A stretch of 64,000 nucleotides of DNA from an uncultured delta proteobacterium (GCA_963736855.1 CAVTQK010000021.1:288001-352000), one strand, 5' to 3'; positions 32,384 through 44,307 are shown, numbered from the stretch's first letter. Program-made: numbers and translations. Notes: a model not told the origin generated them from the letters alone.

Positions 32384-33703
32384 ATGAAGATTATTGCATT
32401 GCCTGTTGAAACGAAAGTCAGGGAACTCGACGGGAAATTCTGGCTTGCATTAAATTTGGCAGCCAGAGGGTACCGCGTCGCGCTTGGTGAACTGACGGAA
32501 CTTAAAGCCAACTTACACTCGATTCGACCCAATGTATATGTTGGTGACAGCGCTGTTGAAAAGGAATCGCGACTGATCCTTTACGAGAAGCTTAAAAATG
32601 CAAATATCATGGTGGCGGTTTTTGATACCGAAGGGGGAATTATTTATTCCCAGGACTATTATCGCGGCAGGCTTTCGAAAAACGTGCTGAAATATGTTGA
32701 CTTGTATTTAGCCTGGGGTGAAGAAACAGCGAACATATTCAGGGAACATCTAGGAACCACGAATATCCGCGTTTATGTTACGGGAAATCCCAGTTTTGAT
32801 TTACTTTCAAAGAGATATAGATCCTATTATCTTCCGGAATATGATGAAATCAAAAACAGATACAATAAATTCGTTTTGATCAACACTCACTTCGGCTTTT
32901 TCAATCATTATGATAATGAAAAATATGTATTTCCATTAGTCTCTAAATTTCCGGGGCTCTATAATTTTAAAAAAGCTCTTTTTAATGAATTTATCAATGC
33001 TATTCGATATCTCAGCGTCCATTATCCTCAAATCAATTTTATCATTCGACCTCATCCTTCAGAAAATTTTGATACCTACCGAAGCCTGTTTTTAAACTCT
33101 AAAAATGTTTATGTCGAACATCAATACTCGGTTCATCCATGGGCGCTTGCAGCAAGCATGGTTATTCATAACAATTGTACTACAGGAGTAGAGTCTGTCC
33201 TTCTGGACAGACCGGTTATTTCCTATAACCCGATCCAAAATGACCGATGGGATGTGTTTTTGCCCACTTATGTGAGCAGAAAAGCGCTGTCAGTGAGTGA
33301 GCTCTCTGAAGCAGTGGATCAATTTTATGTGAAATTAGACAGGTCGGTTGAGTTATCCGTCGATCAGACAAATGAAATCCAAAAAAGCCTGCATTTAATT
33401 GATGGGAATTCAGCACAAAGAATATGTAATGCGTTTGATCATGAGCTGCAAAAAGAATTTGATATATTACCGATCAAAGATGGAATTTGGAAGCATTTTT
33501 CAGTAATAAAACGACTGCTGAAAAAAAGAACAAAAAAGACGATGGAATCCTCATCATATCTTAACCAAAAATTTTTTAACCTTAATTTTGAAGAACTTTT
33601 CGATAAATGGTCCCGATTAAAAAAAATCTCCGGCTTTGATTTTGATATAAAAATTTCTCCTTTTAATAAAAAAAATAATTTATTTTGGATATGCCGCGGT
33701 TAA
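32384..33703 (+). CDS. Surface carbohydrate biosynthesis protein (probable nonulosonate transferase)
   Basis: LPVETKVRELDGK N-terminus, WG, TGNPSFDLL, IRPHPSEN and IHNNCTTGVES motifs; directly follows the neuBCA-asnB module. Confidence 0.75.
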   Translation: MKIIALPVETKVRELDGKFWLALNLAARGYRVALGELTELKANLHSIRPNVYVGDSAVEKESRLILYEKLKNANIMVAVFDTEGGIIYSQDYYRGRLSKNVLKYVDLYLAWGEETANIFREHLGTTNIRVYVTGNPSFDLLSKRYRSYYLPEYDEIKNRYNKFVLINTHFGFFNHYDNEKYVFPLVSKFPGLYNFKKALFNEFINAIRYLSVHYPQINFIIRPHPSENFDTYRSLFLNSKNVYVEHQYSVHPWALAASMVIHNNCTTGVESVLLDRPVISYNPIQNDRWDVFLPTYVSRKALSVSELSEAVDQFYVKLDRSVELSVDQTNEIQKSLHLIDGNSAQRICNAFDHELQKEFDILPIKDGIWKHFSVIKRLLKKRTKKTMESSSYLNQKFFNLNFEELFDKWSRLKKISGFDFDIKISPFNKKNNLFWICRG

Positions 33704-33751
33704 TATTTTGTGTAATATCGAACAAAAAACCTCCTGCAGAAAAATAGCCAT

Positions 33752-35041
33752 TTGATAAAAGAATTCGTAAAAGAGAATCTGCCTTTTCGAATAAGATATT
33801 TTTTAAGAATAGATAATTATAAATATAACTCTTATTATTTATCTTTTTTGTTTAAACGGCTATTTCTTGGCCTTAAAAACAGATCATCCGCGATATCATT
33901 TCAACAAAAAATCTTCTCATTTAAAGTTGAATCAGACTCTGGGGAAAATATAGAACAAATATATTGATCAAGTTTTATCAAAAAGGAATTTGAGTTATAT
34001 CTCTGGAAGACATGTCTATTATGTAAATAAAGAAAAAGATATTTATAACTTGCTGCCATCATTACCTCACTTCTATCCGAAACCCATTGGATTAAAAATA
34101 ATAAAAAGTAATGTTATTTCTGATGACGGGACGCCTTATTATACGTCTAACAAAAATGCTCCATCATCTACATGGATTACCATGAAGGCTGTTGGGAGCA
34201 TAAAAGAAAAAATGATCATCAGCAATATGTTAAGTTTAAATGAAATGGCCCCTAGAGTTTTTGATTTAATTAAGATTAAAATTGGGCATTCATATTATTT
34301 TGCTTTAATTGTAGAGCATGTGGAAGGTAAAACAGTAACCGGGCACTGAAGCAGAAGATTTCATGGAAAAATTTAAAATCTTCCTAAAAAAATCAAATAT
34401 TTCTATTCTATGCCCACCATCGAGCAAAGATCTGAAACCACCTGATTTCAATTCTAATATCGTCAAAGACGCCAATGGAATCAAGTACGTCGATATTCAA
34501 AATTTCGGCTTATTCAATGAAGAATATTCATTTAGAAAGAGGGCAATTGGTTCCTTAAAGAAAAAATTGAATTCAATAAAACAACTCGATAACTTTTTAG
34601 AGAAAAATCAGATAAAACTCGATAAAAGCAAATTGTTCGTTTCATTTTCAAAAGAGCCTGAAGATTTTATTGAATATTTCTTAAGCAAAGGCGTTTCTTG
34701 GTGTCTGTTAAAAGATGGATATAAGACTAATCAAACACAAAAAACCAAATTGGAATTATTCAAAGCAGGGTTCAGTCGATTTGATATTTTTGAAAGTAAT
34801 TGCTTATCCAAGTTCAAAATACTCAAATATATGTTATGATCTGGGTGTTTTTGAATCTCTTAGTGAATTTGTTCAGGCCCTTAAAATAATACCCGGTATC
34901 AAAATGAATTACATTTTATTCATCACAGACAATGCGTTAAATTTTGAAGGAGAGTATCAACTTATAAAAAAAATTGATGAAACTATTATCGCTGAAGATA
35001 AGCAAAATTTGATAATTTCCTTATTCAAAAGAATATCCTAG
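33752..35041 (+). CDS. Hypothetical protein with protein-kinase-like core, fragmented by indels
   Basis: Four consecutive + ORFs containing APRVFD, IVEHVEG, KDLKPPDFNSNI and YVDIQNF. Confidence 0.5.
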
Positions 35042-35053
35042 CTTTTATTAATC

Positions 35054-36139
35054 TTGAAAATTAAGATCGGAATATTAGAAACTGGCATACCTCCCCAAAA
35101 AATCGGAGGATCAGAAATTCAGGCGTTTAAGCTTGCAACATATTTATCGAAAGACAATAAAGTTACAATTTTTACAAGAAGGTATTCCGGATCAGAAAAA
35201 TATGAAAAAATAAATGGGATCGATGTATTCAGAATCTCAGTCCTTCCCCCACCGTTTGTAATCCTTTCATATATATTCAACACCTTATATTGCATCTATA
35301 AACATCGAAAAAAAATTGATTTGCTTATATGCTTTCGTCTCTGGCCTAACGGTTTTATCGGAAAGTTGTTCAATATCATAACAAAGATACCCTTTTTAAC
35401 AAGCGTTCGGGGAGGCGATTGGTACTTTGTGGAACCTCATCTGTGGGGAAAAATTATTCTTTATCCGGTGATGAAAAAGGAAAACAAAATAGTGGTTCAG
35501 TCGGAGTCCATCGGAAATGAAATAAGAAAAAAATATCCTTATGTAAAAACGATCATTATCCCAAATGGCATAGAAGAAGATAAAAGATGGGCGCATGGTA
35601 ACTCTTTAATCTTCATCGGAAATCTCCTTAGACGAAAAGGCGTAAATATTCTCATCGATGCCATAGAAAAGGAAAATCGGATACCTGTCATAATTGCGGG
35701 AGAGGGTCCAGAAAGAAATAGATTAGTCAATAAAGTAAAAAATATGAAACTCGGACATATACAATTTGTCGGAAAGTTGAAACCTGAAAACGTGAAAGAA
35801 ATGATGATCAATGATGGTAAAATACTTGTTCTCCCCGCTATTGAAGGAGAAGGGTTTCCAAATGTTATTCTCGAAGCTTTATCTGTTGGGTTGCCAGTTA
35901 TTGCAAGCGATATCGCAGGGGTAAAAAATTTACTAAATGACGGTAACGCAGGGATTTTAGTTCAACCGAATGATACTGTTAAATTAAAAAGTGCAATTTT
36001 AAAATTATGGCTAGATGAATCAATGCAAAAAAAGCTTTCGTTGAATGGAAAACTGGCAGTATGTAAATATTCATGGAATGAAATTGTGCATAAATGGGAA
36101 GTGGAATTCGATAATATTTTTATGAAAAGAAAGAGTTGA
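35054..36139 (+). CDS. GT4 glycosyltransferase
   Basis: GGSE, IIPNGI and EGFPNVILEA motifs. Confidence 0.9.
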   Translation: MKIKIGILETGIPPQKIGGSEIQAFKLATYLSKDNKVTIFTRRYSGSEKYEKINGIDVFRISVLPPPFVILSYIFNTLYCIYKHRKKIDLLICFRLWPNGFIGKLFNIITKIPFLTSVRGGDWYFVEPHLWGKIILYPVMKKENKIVVQSESIGNEIRKKYPYVKTIIIPNGIEEDKRWAHGNSLIFIGNLLRRKGVNILIDAIEKENRIPVIIAGEGPERNRLVNKVKNMKLGHIQFVGKLKPENVKEMMINDGKILVLPAIEGEGFPNVILEALSVGLPVIASDIAGVKNLLNDGNAGILVQPNDTVKLKSAILKLWLDESMQKKLSLNGKLAVCKYSWNEIVHKWEVEFDNIFMKRKS

Positions 36140-36143
36140 ATGC

Positions 36144-37289
36144 TTGTTCGGAAGTAATAAAATTAGAATTCTCTTTTTAATCGGAAGCTTTGACGTCGGA
36201 GGCAAAGAGAAGCAGTTGGCGTTGTTGATAAAGAACCTCCCTAAAAGCCGATATCAAATTTATCTGTTTTCAAAATATATTAGGACCCATTATTCAAAAG
36301 AAATTAAAAATAATGTTTATCATATTTATAACTTGAATAGAAATAACTTCAAGCTGTCGGATATTTTACGTTTAGGAATTATCGTACAAAAAATTCGACC
36401 GGATGTAATTTACAGCTGGGCTGAAACCACAAGCTATTTTTCACTGCTTGTTTTCTATTTTTATCGCTTATTGTTATCTTGTAAGTTTATACTAATTGAT
36501 GGGAGCATAAGAAGCGCGCCGGTCATTTCGACTTTGAGAATTCACATTCGGAGTTTGATATCATCTCTTTTTTCGGTCGTTGTTTCAAATTCATATTCAG
36601 GTTTAAAAGCATTTCACCAAAATGGCAAAAAAAATCGTTTTGTCCTGTTTAACGGAATTGAAATGAATAAGACGCCGTCAATTTCTAAAGAACATGCCAA
36701 ACAGGTTCTTGGCTTCCCTCAGAACAAAATTATTGTTTCAATGATTGCCAACCTAACGATAAAAAAGGATCACATGACTTTCCTCGAAGCCATAAAAACA
36801 ATTATTCAAAAACACGATGACGTTTTTTTCTATATTGTGGGAAAAGGCGATCAGGAAAATAAGCTGATAAAACTGGCGAAATCGTCAAACCTCGAAGCAT
36901 ATTTATCATTCCTGGGGAGTCGAAAAGATATCGAAATGATTTATAACGCTACAGATATTTCAGTACTTACATCAACATTCTGGCTGGGGGAGGGTATTTC
37001 AAACTCAATTCTTGAATCCTTCGCATGCAGTGTGCCTGTTATTGCTACAGACTCCCCGGGAACCCGTGAGATAATAAACGATGGTTTTAATGGCATCATT
37101 GTGCCTGCAGGAAATTCTAAGATACTTGCAGAGAAAATAGTTGAGCTGAAGGATAATCAAAAGCTACGAATAACAATGGGAAAAAATGGAAATTCATATA
37201 TAGCTGAAAAATTTGGAATTGATAGAATGATAACAGATTTCATGAAAATAATCGATAAATCGATCCAAAGCGCTAAACTTATAAATTAG
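36144..37289 (+). CDS. GT4 glycosyltransferase
   Basis: GGKE, KKDH and EGISNSILES motifs. Confidence 0.9.
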   Translation: MFGSNKIRILFLIGSFDVGGKEKQLALLIKNLPKSRYQIYLFSKYIRTHYSKEIKNNVYHIYNLNRNNFKLSDILRLGIIVQKIRPDVIYSWAETTSYFSLLVFYFYRLLLSCKFILIDGSIRSAPVISTLRIHIRSLISSLFSVVVSNSYSGLKAFHQNGKKNRFVLFNGIEMNKTPSISKEHAKQVLGFPQNKIIVSMIANLTIKKDHMTFLEAIKTIIQKHDDVFFYIVGKGDQENKLIKLAKSSNLEAYLSFLGSRKDIEMIYNATDISVLTSTFWLGEGISNSILESFACSVPVIATDSPGTREIINDGFNGIIVPAGNSKILAEKIVELKDNQKLRITMGKNGNSYIAEKFGIDRMITDFMKIIDKSIQSAKLIN

Positions 37290-37311
37290 CAAACTAAAAT
37301 ATTCAAAATAT

Positions 37312-39387
37312 TTGAATTTTTCAAATAATCCAATGAAAAAATTGATTCAAAAAATAGATGATAGTTATTTCATAATCTATTTAACTTTCTATTTCTCAGT
37401 TACATTTATCATTGCTTTTCTTTTTATCGGAACCTTTTTAAAATATGACAATTTTAGAAGAGTTGTTTTTAAAATATATCCGATTGCCCCTCATGTCATT
37501 TTAATTGCTCTATTGGTGATTTTGATATTAAAAGGCTTCAAATTACAAAATCAAGTAGTTACAAGAATTATCTCTCACCTTAAATTGTTGTATATAAAAT
37601 TGAACAATAGAATATGGTTTCGATGGGGTCACCGTGCATTAATATCTGCAATGGGTATTTGTCTTTTTGTGATGCCCATCTTTTTATCCTGGCACACGCT
37701 ATATAATCAAAACACCCTTTTCGGAATTTTTCCTGCATCAGACGGGGGAGGATACTATAACGGAGCCAAAGAATTGCTCAGTACTGGAAAATTATCGATT
37801 GATATTAACCGGAGACCTGTAAATACATCATTTTACGCTGTAAGATTAGCACTGGTCGATCAAGATTATAGAAAAGCCATTATATTACAAGGAATTATCT
37901 TAGCAACATGTTGTCTGATATTATATCACATAATCGCTTTAACTCTTGATCGTAGCTCTGCTTTATTGTTTTTTATTTTATTGTTTCTGTTTGGCAAAAA
38001 ATATGTTGCTTCACCTTTAACTGAGCCCTTAGGGTTATCCTTAGGCGCCCTGTCCTTCGGGGTTGTCTGGTATTCAATCAAAGAAAAGAAAATATTTTAT
38101 TTTGCTTTAGGAATATTCATTTTCATGGTTTCACAAAGTGTTAGACCGGGACTCTTATTTATTTTTCCAGCCATTATGATCTGGTTTTTAGTTTCAAATA
38201 AAGCGTTCAATAAAAAGAAAATGTTTAATACTATTTCATTATTATTTATCGCTTTCTTTGGATTTTTTATTAACAGCTTAATAATATATTTATACGGAAA
38301 TAAAATTTCTTTAGGACAAGATAACTTAGTTTGTATCATTTATTCCATGTCAAAAGGAGAAGATGGATGGGAAAGTCATAAAATACTCTCAGACGAACAA
38401 AAAAACGACCTGTGGGAAGAAACGTATAAAGAAATAAAAAAAAATCCTGTCAATCTTTTAATAAGTATGAAAAAAAGAATCAAATCATTTGCATTTCAGG
38501 CAATAAAAGAAATGATATTAACAATATCCATTTGGAGCGATAAAATAATTATCAATGAAGAAGGTAAAAAACTGTTATACAATAAACTTGATCTTCAAAA
38601 AATCTTAGAAGTAATTGGATTAAATCAAAAGAGGATAATTGATATAATAATTAATATATTCTTTTTATTAAGTGGAATTTATTTTATCATAAAAAACAGA
38701 TTTAAAGAAGAATACAGATTTATTTTATTTACCACGGCAGGAATTTTTTTATCAGGATTCATAATTGGAAACGTAGACGTTAAAAGAATTATCCAACCTT
38801 CACTTCCGTTCATTTTAATTATCTATTCATTGGGTTTCTACAATATTTCGAAAAATAATGAGATGATTGTTGATACAATTGAAGGACCAGCTTCTACAAA
38901 AGCTTTTGCGAATATTTCCATAGCGATATTTATGATCATATTCATGAGCATCATAATTGGTCCAATCATTTCTTCAAAATATTATCAAAAAAATGATCAA
39001 AGAATTAACATAAATCAAGACAGTAATAATTTATTAATAACAGAAATAAGCAATAAAATGCCGCACTTGAAAATATTGAAGGAAGATATTGGAAAAATAT
39101 CATTTATTCCCGAAATTACTTTTGATGAATTTAAAAATGCGATGATTTTGCCTTATAATGAAAAAGATAAATATGGTTTTAAAAAATTGCTTGATTTAAA
39201 TCCACCTAAAATCATCGCCCTTGCTTTCAAGTTAAGTGGAAACAGAAGCGGAGATGGAGTTTATATTGTCGGAGATATCGATCTACTCAGTGATAATTGG
39301 AGACTTGTCAAGCTTTATGGAAAATATATTCATGATCCAATGTCGAAAAGAAAAATATTTTATATTGAAAAATATGAAGAAATCTAA
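37312..39387 (+). CDS. Polytopic membrane protein, possibly GT-C fold
   Basis: Many hydrophobic segments, with SDGGGYY, RRP, LTEPLG and VRPG motifs in a GT-C-like arrangement. Confidence 0.55.
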   Translation: MNFSNNPMKKLIQKIDDSYFIIYLTFYFSVTFIIAFLFIGTFLKYDNFRRVVFKIYPIAPHVILIALLVILILKGFKLQNQVVTRIISHLKLLYIKLNNRIWFRWGHRALISAMGICLFVMPIFLSWHTLYNQNTLFGIFPASDGGGYYNGAKELLSTGKLSIDINRRPVNTSFYAVRLALVDQDYRKAIILQGIILATCCLILYHIIALTLDRSSALLFFILLFLFGKKYVASPLTEPLGLSLGALSFGVVWYSIKEKKIFYFALGIFIFMVSQSVRPGLLFIFPAIMIWFLVSNKAFNKKKMFNTISLLFIAFFGFFINSLIIYLYGNKISLGQDNLVCIIYSMSKGEDGWESHKILSDEQKNDLWEETYKEIKKNPVNLLISMKKRIKSFAFQAIKEMILTISIWSDKIIINEEGKKLLYNKLDLQKILEVIGLNQKRIIDIIINIFFLLSGIYFIIKNRFKEEYRFILFTTAGIFLSGFIIGNVDVKRIIQPSLPFILIIYSLGFYNISKNNEMIVDTIEGPASTKAFANISIAIFMIIFMSIIIGPIISSKYYQKNDQRININQDSNNLLITEISNKMPHLKILKEDIGKISFIPEITFDEFKNAMILPYNEKDKYGFKKLLDLNPPKIIALAFKLSGNRSGDGVYIVGDIDLLSDNWRLVKLYGKYIHDPMSKRKIFYIEKYEEI

Positions 39388-39428
39388 GCTTATTGTTTCA
39401 CTGAATAAAAGCGGATTACATTAACATT

Positions 39429-40843
39429 ATGTTTTTTAAAAGGGATTTTTATACAAAATAGGGTTGGACTCATTTCAACCCAGAATTACCAAAAGGAAAT
39501 ATTTAGGCTATACCGCTTTTTAATACCGGCAGGTGCAAAAGTTCTGGAAATTGGATGTAGGAACGGCAAATTATTATCAAGTATAAATCCTTCATATGGT
39601 CTTGGAATCGATAAGAGCCATGAAAAAATCGATCAAGCTAAAAGAAAAAATAAGGATAGTGCCAATCTTTCTTTTAAAGTTGGAGAGGCATCTAAATATG
39701 CTTATGAAAAAGAAGGATATTTTGATTACATTATAATATTCGATCTTTTGCCAATACTGGAAGACGTTCAGGAGGTTCTTGAAAAAATAAAGAATGTTTG
39801 CACTCCTAAAACAAGAATCATTACAAGCTTCCCGTCAAACCTTTGGCGGCCGATGATTTCCTTATATCGATATTTCGGAAATCATAATCGAAACGTAAAT
39901 TTTAATTGGTTTTCACTGACGGACGTTGAAAATATCATGAATCTAACCGGATTTGAGATCATTTCCAAGGGAGGACGAATTTTATTGCCTATTAATATAC
40001 CCATTGTCAGCCTTTTCATTAATCGATTATTGGTCCAAGTTCCACTTATTAAAAATCTGTGCTTAACCTGGTACATTGTTGCAAGATTGCTTTTTAATAG
40101 AAATGAAAAAGATGATTTGCCCTCAGTTTCCGTAATTATTCCGACACGCAATGAAAAAGGAAATATCGAAAGTGCATTTAAACGAATCCCCAAAATGGGA
40201 AAGTGGACCGAACTGGTGTTTATTGACGGTCAATCATCCGATGGAACGATTGAAGAGATAGAAAGATGCAGGGACCTATATCATGACCAGTGGAAACGCA
40301 TTTTAATGATACATCAAGAAGGGAAAGGGAAAGGAGATGCAGTAAGAAACGGTTTTGAAAGAGCCGAAGGAGACATTTTGATGATTTTAGATTCAGATCT
40401 GACGATGCCTCCTGAAAATCTGCCGAAATTTTATGATGCTTTGATCCAGAGGATACGGGGAATTAATTAATGGTTGCAGATTGGTTTATCCCATTGAAGG
40501 GGAAGCCATGAGGTTTCTAAATATGATCGTCAACTTTTTATTTGCGCATCTTTTTACATGGCTTTTAGGACAAGTCGTAAAAGATACTCTCTGCGGAACA
40601 AAAGCGATGTGGAAAACCGACTATAATTCAATTGAAAATAATCGTTCATATTTCGGAGAGTTTGATCCATTTGGTGATTTTGATCTTTTGTTTGGTGCCG
40701 CAAAGCTCAATAGAAAGATCATTGACCTTCCAATTAAATACAGGAAAAGAGAATACGGGAAAACCAAAATCAATCGATGGAGAGATGGAATACTTCTTCT
40801 TAGAATGAGCTGGGTAGGTTTTAAAAAATTGAAACTTACCTGA
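39429..40843 (+). CDS. Methyltransferase-like domain fused to DPM-synthase-like GT2, frameshifted
   Basis: YRFLIPAGAKVLEIGCRNG upstream, then SVIIPTRNEKGNI, GKGDAV, ILDSDL, DTLCGTK and DPFGDFDLLFGA. Confidence 0.8.
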
Positions 40844-40866
40844 AATTCAGTTGATATGTTCTTAAA

Positions 40867-43800
40867 ATGAAGTTTAAATTTATATTCAAATTGCTTAAAA
40901 ATAAATTGAAATATGTCATTTGCTATTTAATAAATAGACAATTTCGATCGATAAGGACTTCAGGATTATTCGACTCCACATTTTATCTTGAAAAAAATGA
41001 AGACGTCTTAAACTTCTCCATCAACCCGTTGATGCATTATTTATATTTCGGGGCCAATGAAGGGCGGGATCCCAACCCGTTGTTTGACACGTCGTATTAT
41101 CTATCCCGGAATCCCGATGTGGCGGATAGCGGCATGAACGCTCTGGCCCATTATGTTTCAATCGGGTGGAAGGAAGGCAGGGATCCTCATCCGTTGTTTG
41201 ATACGTCCTATTATTATTCGCAGTGTCCCGAGGCCAGGGAAGCCGGGATCAGTGCATTATCGTATTATTTTCAGAACAAGGACCGGGATATATCTCCCCA
41301 TCCCTTGTTCGATCCTTTGTATTACCGGGATATGAATCCGGACATTGCCGGGTCCGGCTGGAATTCCTGTATCCATTATTTATGGCACGGGGCCGATGAA
41401 GGGCGGGATCCTCACCCGTTGTTTGACACATCCTATTATTTATCCAGGAATCCCGATGTGGCCGCTAGCGGCATGAACGCTCTGGCCCATTATGTTTCAA
41501 TCGGGTGGAAGGAAGGGCGGGATCCTCACCCGTTGTTTGACACGACCTATTATTATTCGCAGTGTCCCGAAGCCAGGGATGCCGGGATCAGTGCGTTATC
41601 GTATTATTTTCAGAACAAAGACCGGGATGTCTCTCCCCATCCCTTGTTTGATCCTCTGTATTACAGGGACATGAATCCGGACATTGCCGGGTCCGGCTGG
41701 AATTCCTGTATCCATTATTTATGGCACGGGGCTGGTGAAGGACGTGATCCCAACCCACTGTTTGACACGTCGTATTATCTATCCCGGAATCCCGATGTAG
41801 CCGACAGCGGGATGAACGCTCTGGCACATTATGTTTTAACCGGGTGGAAAGAGGGAAGAGATCCTCATCCGTTGTTTGATACTCATTTTTATTATGCACA
41901 ATATCCGGATGAGAGTTCCAAAGGGATCAGTGCGTTACACCATTTTTTCAATAATTATGATAAAGAGGTTTATTCCCATCCTCTGTTCGATCCATTGTAT
42001 TACCGGGACATGAATCCGGACATTGCCGGGTCCGGCTGGAATTCCTGTATCCATTACTTATGGCATGGGGCCAAAGAAGGCAGGGATCCTAACCCGTTGT
42101 TTGACACATCGTATTATCTATCCCGGAATCCCGATGTAGCCGACAGCGGCATGAACGCTCTGGCACATTATGTTTCAATCGGGTGGAAAGAAGGGAGGGA
42201 TCCCCATCCGTTGTTTGATACGTCGTATTATTACTCGAACTGCCCTGAAGCCAAGGAATCCGGGGTAAACGCATTATCGTATTACTTTCATAACCAAGAT
42301 CAGGACATATCCCCCCATCCCCTGTTCGATCCTTTGTATTACAGGGATATGAATCCGGACATTGCCGGGTCCGGCTGGAATTCCTGTATCCATTACTTAT
42401 GGCACGGGGCCAGTGAAGGGAGGGATCCAAGCCCTTATTTCGACTCTGGGTACTATCAAAATCATGATGGAGTCGATTCGTCAGTTAATCCGTTGGATGC
42501 ATTTTCTACTTTATGGATCCAAATTAATGATAAAACCGCATCCACTTTTTGATACAAATTATTATATGGTAAATAACCCGGATGTTTTGAAATCCGGTAT
42601 GAATCCATTGATCCATTATGCACTATTCGGATGCAGGGAGGGAAGGAAGACATTTAGGCCTCAAAGAAAGATGCTCTATGAGCCCAACATACTGATTATT
42701 GCATGGATTGATGAATATGATGAGCAAGCTATTCGAAATGGAATTGAATCGATACAGAATCAAGAGTACGAAAATTGGCAATTATTGATTCTTTACGATA
42801 AAAACCCGGAGATGTTTTCAAACCCAGCTGAATATTGTTTGAAATTAGACCGAGAGAGAATAAAATTGGTGAATAAAGGGATCCATGATCTCGATGGTAT
42901 TCTTTATGATGCCGCATTGAAATCCGAAAGCGAATGGGTAGCCTATGTCAATCTATGCGATGAATTGACTCCGAACGCACTAATAGAAGTTGTAAGATTG
43001 TTGAATCAATCTTCCGATATGGATCTCATTTACACCAATGAAGATCATATTACTCAGGAAGGAAGGTTTATCGAACCGTTTTTTAAGCCTGATTGGTCAT
43101 TAGAGCTTTTCAGAAAAATGGATTATATAAGCCGATTTTTTTTGATTCGGAGGGATATCGCATTTCAGGCAGGTTTATTCACAGGAAGTTTTGAAGATTT
43201 TGAACAAAGGAAGCTTTTACTAAAATTATTTGAAAAATCAGTAAAAATCTCTCATATCGATAAAATCCTTTTCCATCGAAGACATTTCAATGAAAACAGT
43301 GGGTTAAATGATAATAGCCGGCTTAATGAAGAATGGTCTAAGTTTTTAGCATTACATTTTGAAAGAATGGATTCGAAAGCGGTGGCCCAACGCCGCGAAC
43401 AGGATTCACTTGTAAACATATCTCCAACATCAAAAGAAAATCATCCTTTAACAAGTATAATAATATACTCACGGAATGGAATTACTTTAACATCCGAGTG
43501 GATGAGCCAATTGTCTCAATGCGCTTCGAATTATACCCGTTATGAAACGATTGTTGTTGGTTCAAATCACCAATGTGAATTCGAAAACAAAGACATGGAG
43601 CAGCTTCCTGTCATTGTAAAGAATTCTAATAACTTAGCTTTTTTACTTAACGAATCAAGCAGGGTAAGTAAAGGAGATTTTCTGTTTTTTTTAAATGTTG
43701 ACGATCAGCCTGTCGAAACAATAAATTTTCAAAAATTTTTGTTTTATGCCAAACAGGCTGATACTGGCGCGGTCGGAAGTCAAATTGGAAGACCTGTGTT

Positions 43801-44266
43801 ATATAAAAACATTTTTAAAACCAGAAAAGGAGACAATAGCAATATCGGCTTTCCGCTTGTCCATGCCTTGGATCGGCCTGTTTATCATTTTTATAAAAAG
43901 TATTATGGATCACTTTGTGCTTTAAGCAGCATCGAAAGAGAGGTTACATCAGTTTCAAAATCTTCCATGTTGATAAAAAGAGAATTCTTCCTGAATGCAG
44001 GCGGTTTTGACGATAGCTATCAAACCGAATATTTCGATGTTGATTTTTGCTTTAAGCTGCGAGAGCGAGGATTCAAAAATATTCTCATATCACCGTTGAA
44101 AGCTGATTATCTCGATAAAATCAGCTATACAGAAGAAAAGAATGATCCTGACTTGATTCTTTTCCTTGATAAATGGCAGGACCTGATCGAATCTTTTGAA
44201 CCTTTCAGTTACAATTCACTTGTTCCCATTCGAACATCCCCCTTGTCAAGACTTACTATACACTGA
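40867..44266 (+). CDS. Large protein: ~15 copies of a 37-38-aa repeat plus tandem GT2-like domains (one extra base near 42496)
   Basis: Removing one G in AATCCGTTG(G)ATGCAT joins the two ORFs in the repeat frame. The C-terminal part has PFFKPDWS, GAVG, GGFD and DVDFCFKL. Confidence 0.8.
41083..42438 (+). repeat. Four tandem 339-bp intragenic repeats (113 aa each, made of three sub-repeats)
   Basis: Units start TTTGACAC at 41083, 41422, 41761 and 42100 and are near-identical at DNA level. Confidence 0.95.
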
Positions 44267-44307
44267 CACACAGATCTTATCTATTTGCGCGGGCAACTTA
44301 GCTTCCT

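Noticed and set aside
41083..42438. Possible CRISPR array or non-coding repeat
   Set aside because: The 339-bp period is in-frame coding sequence, with no unique spacers and no cas genes.
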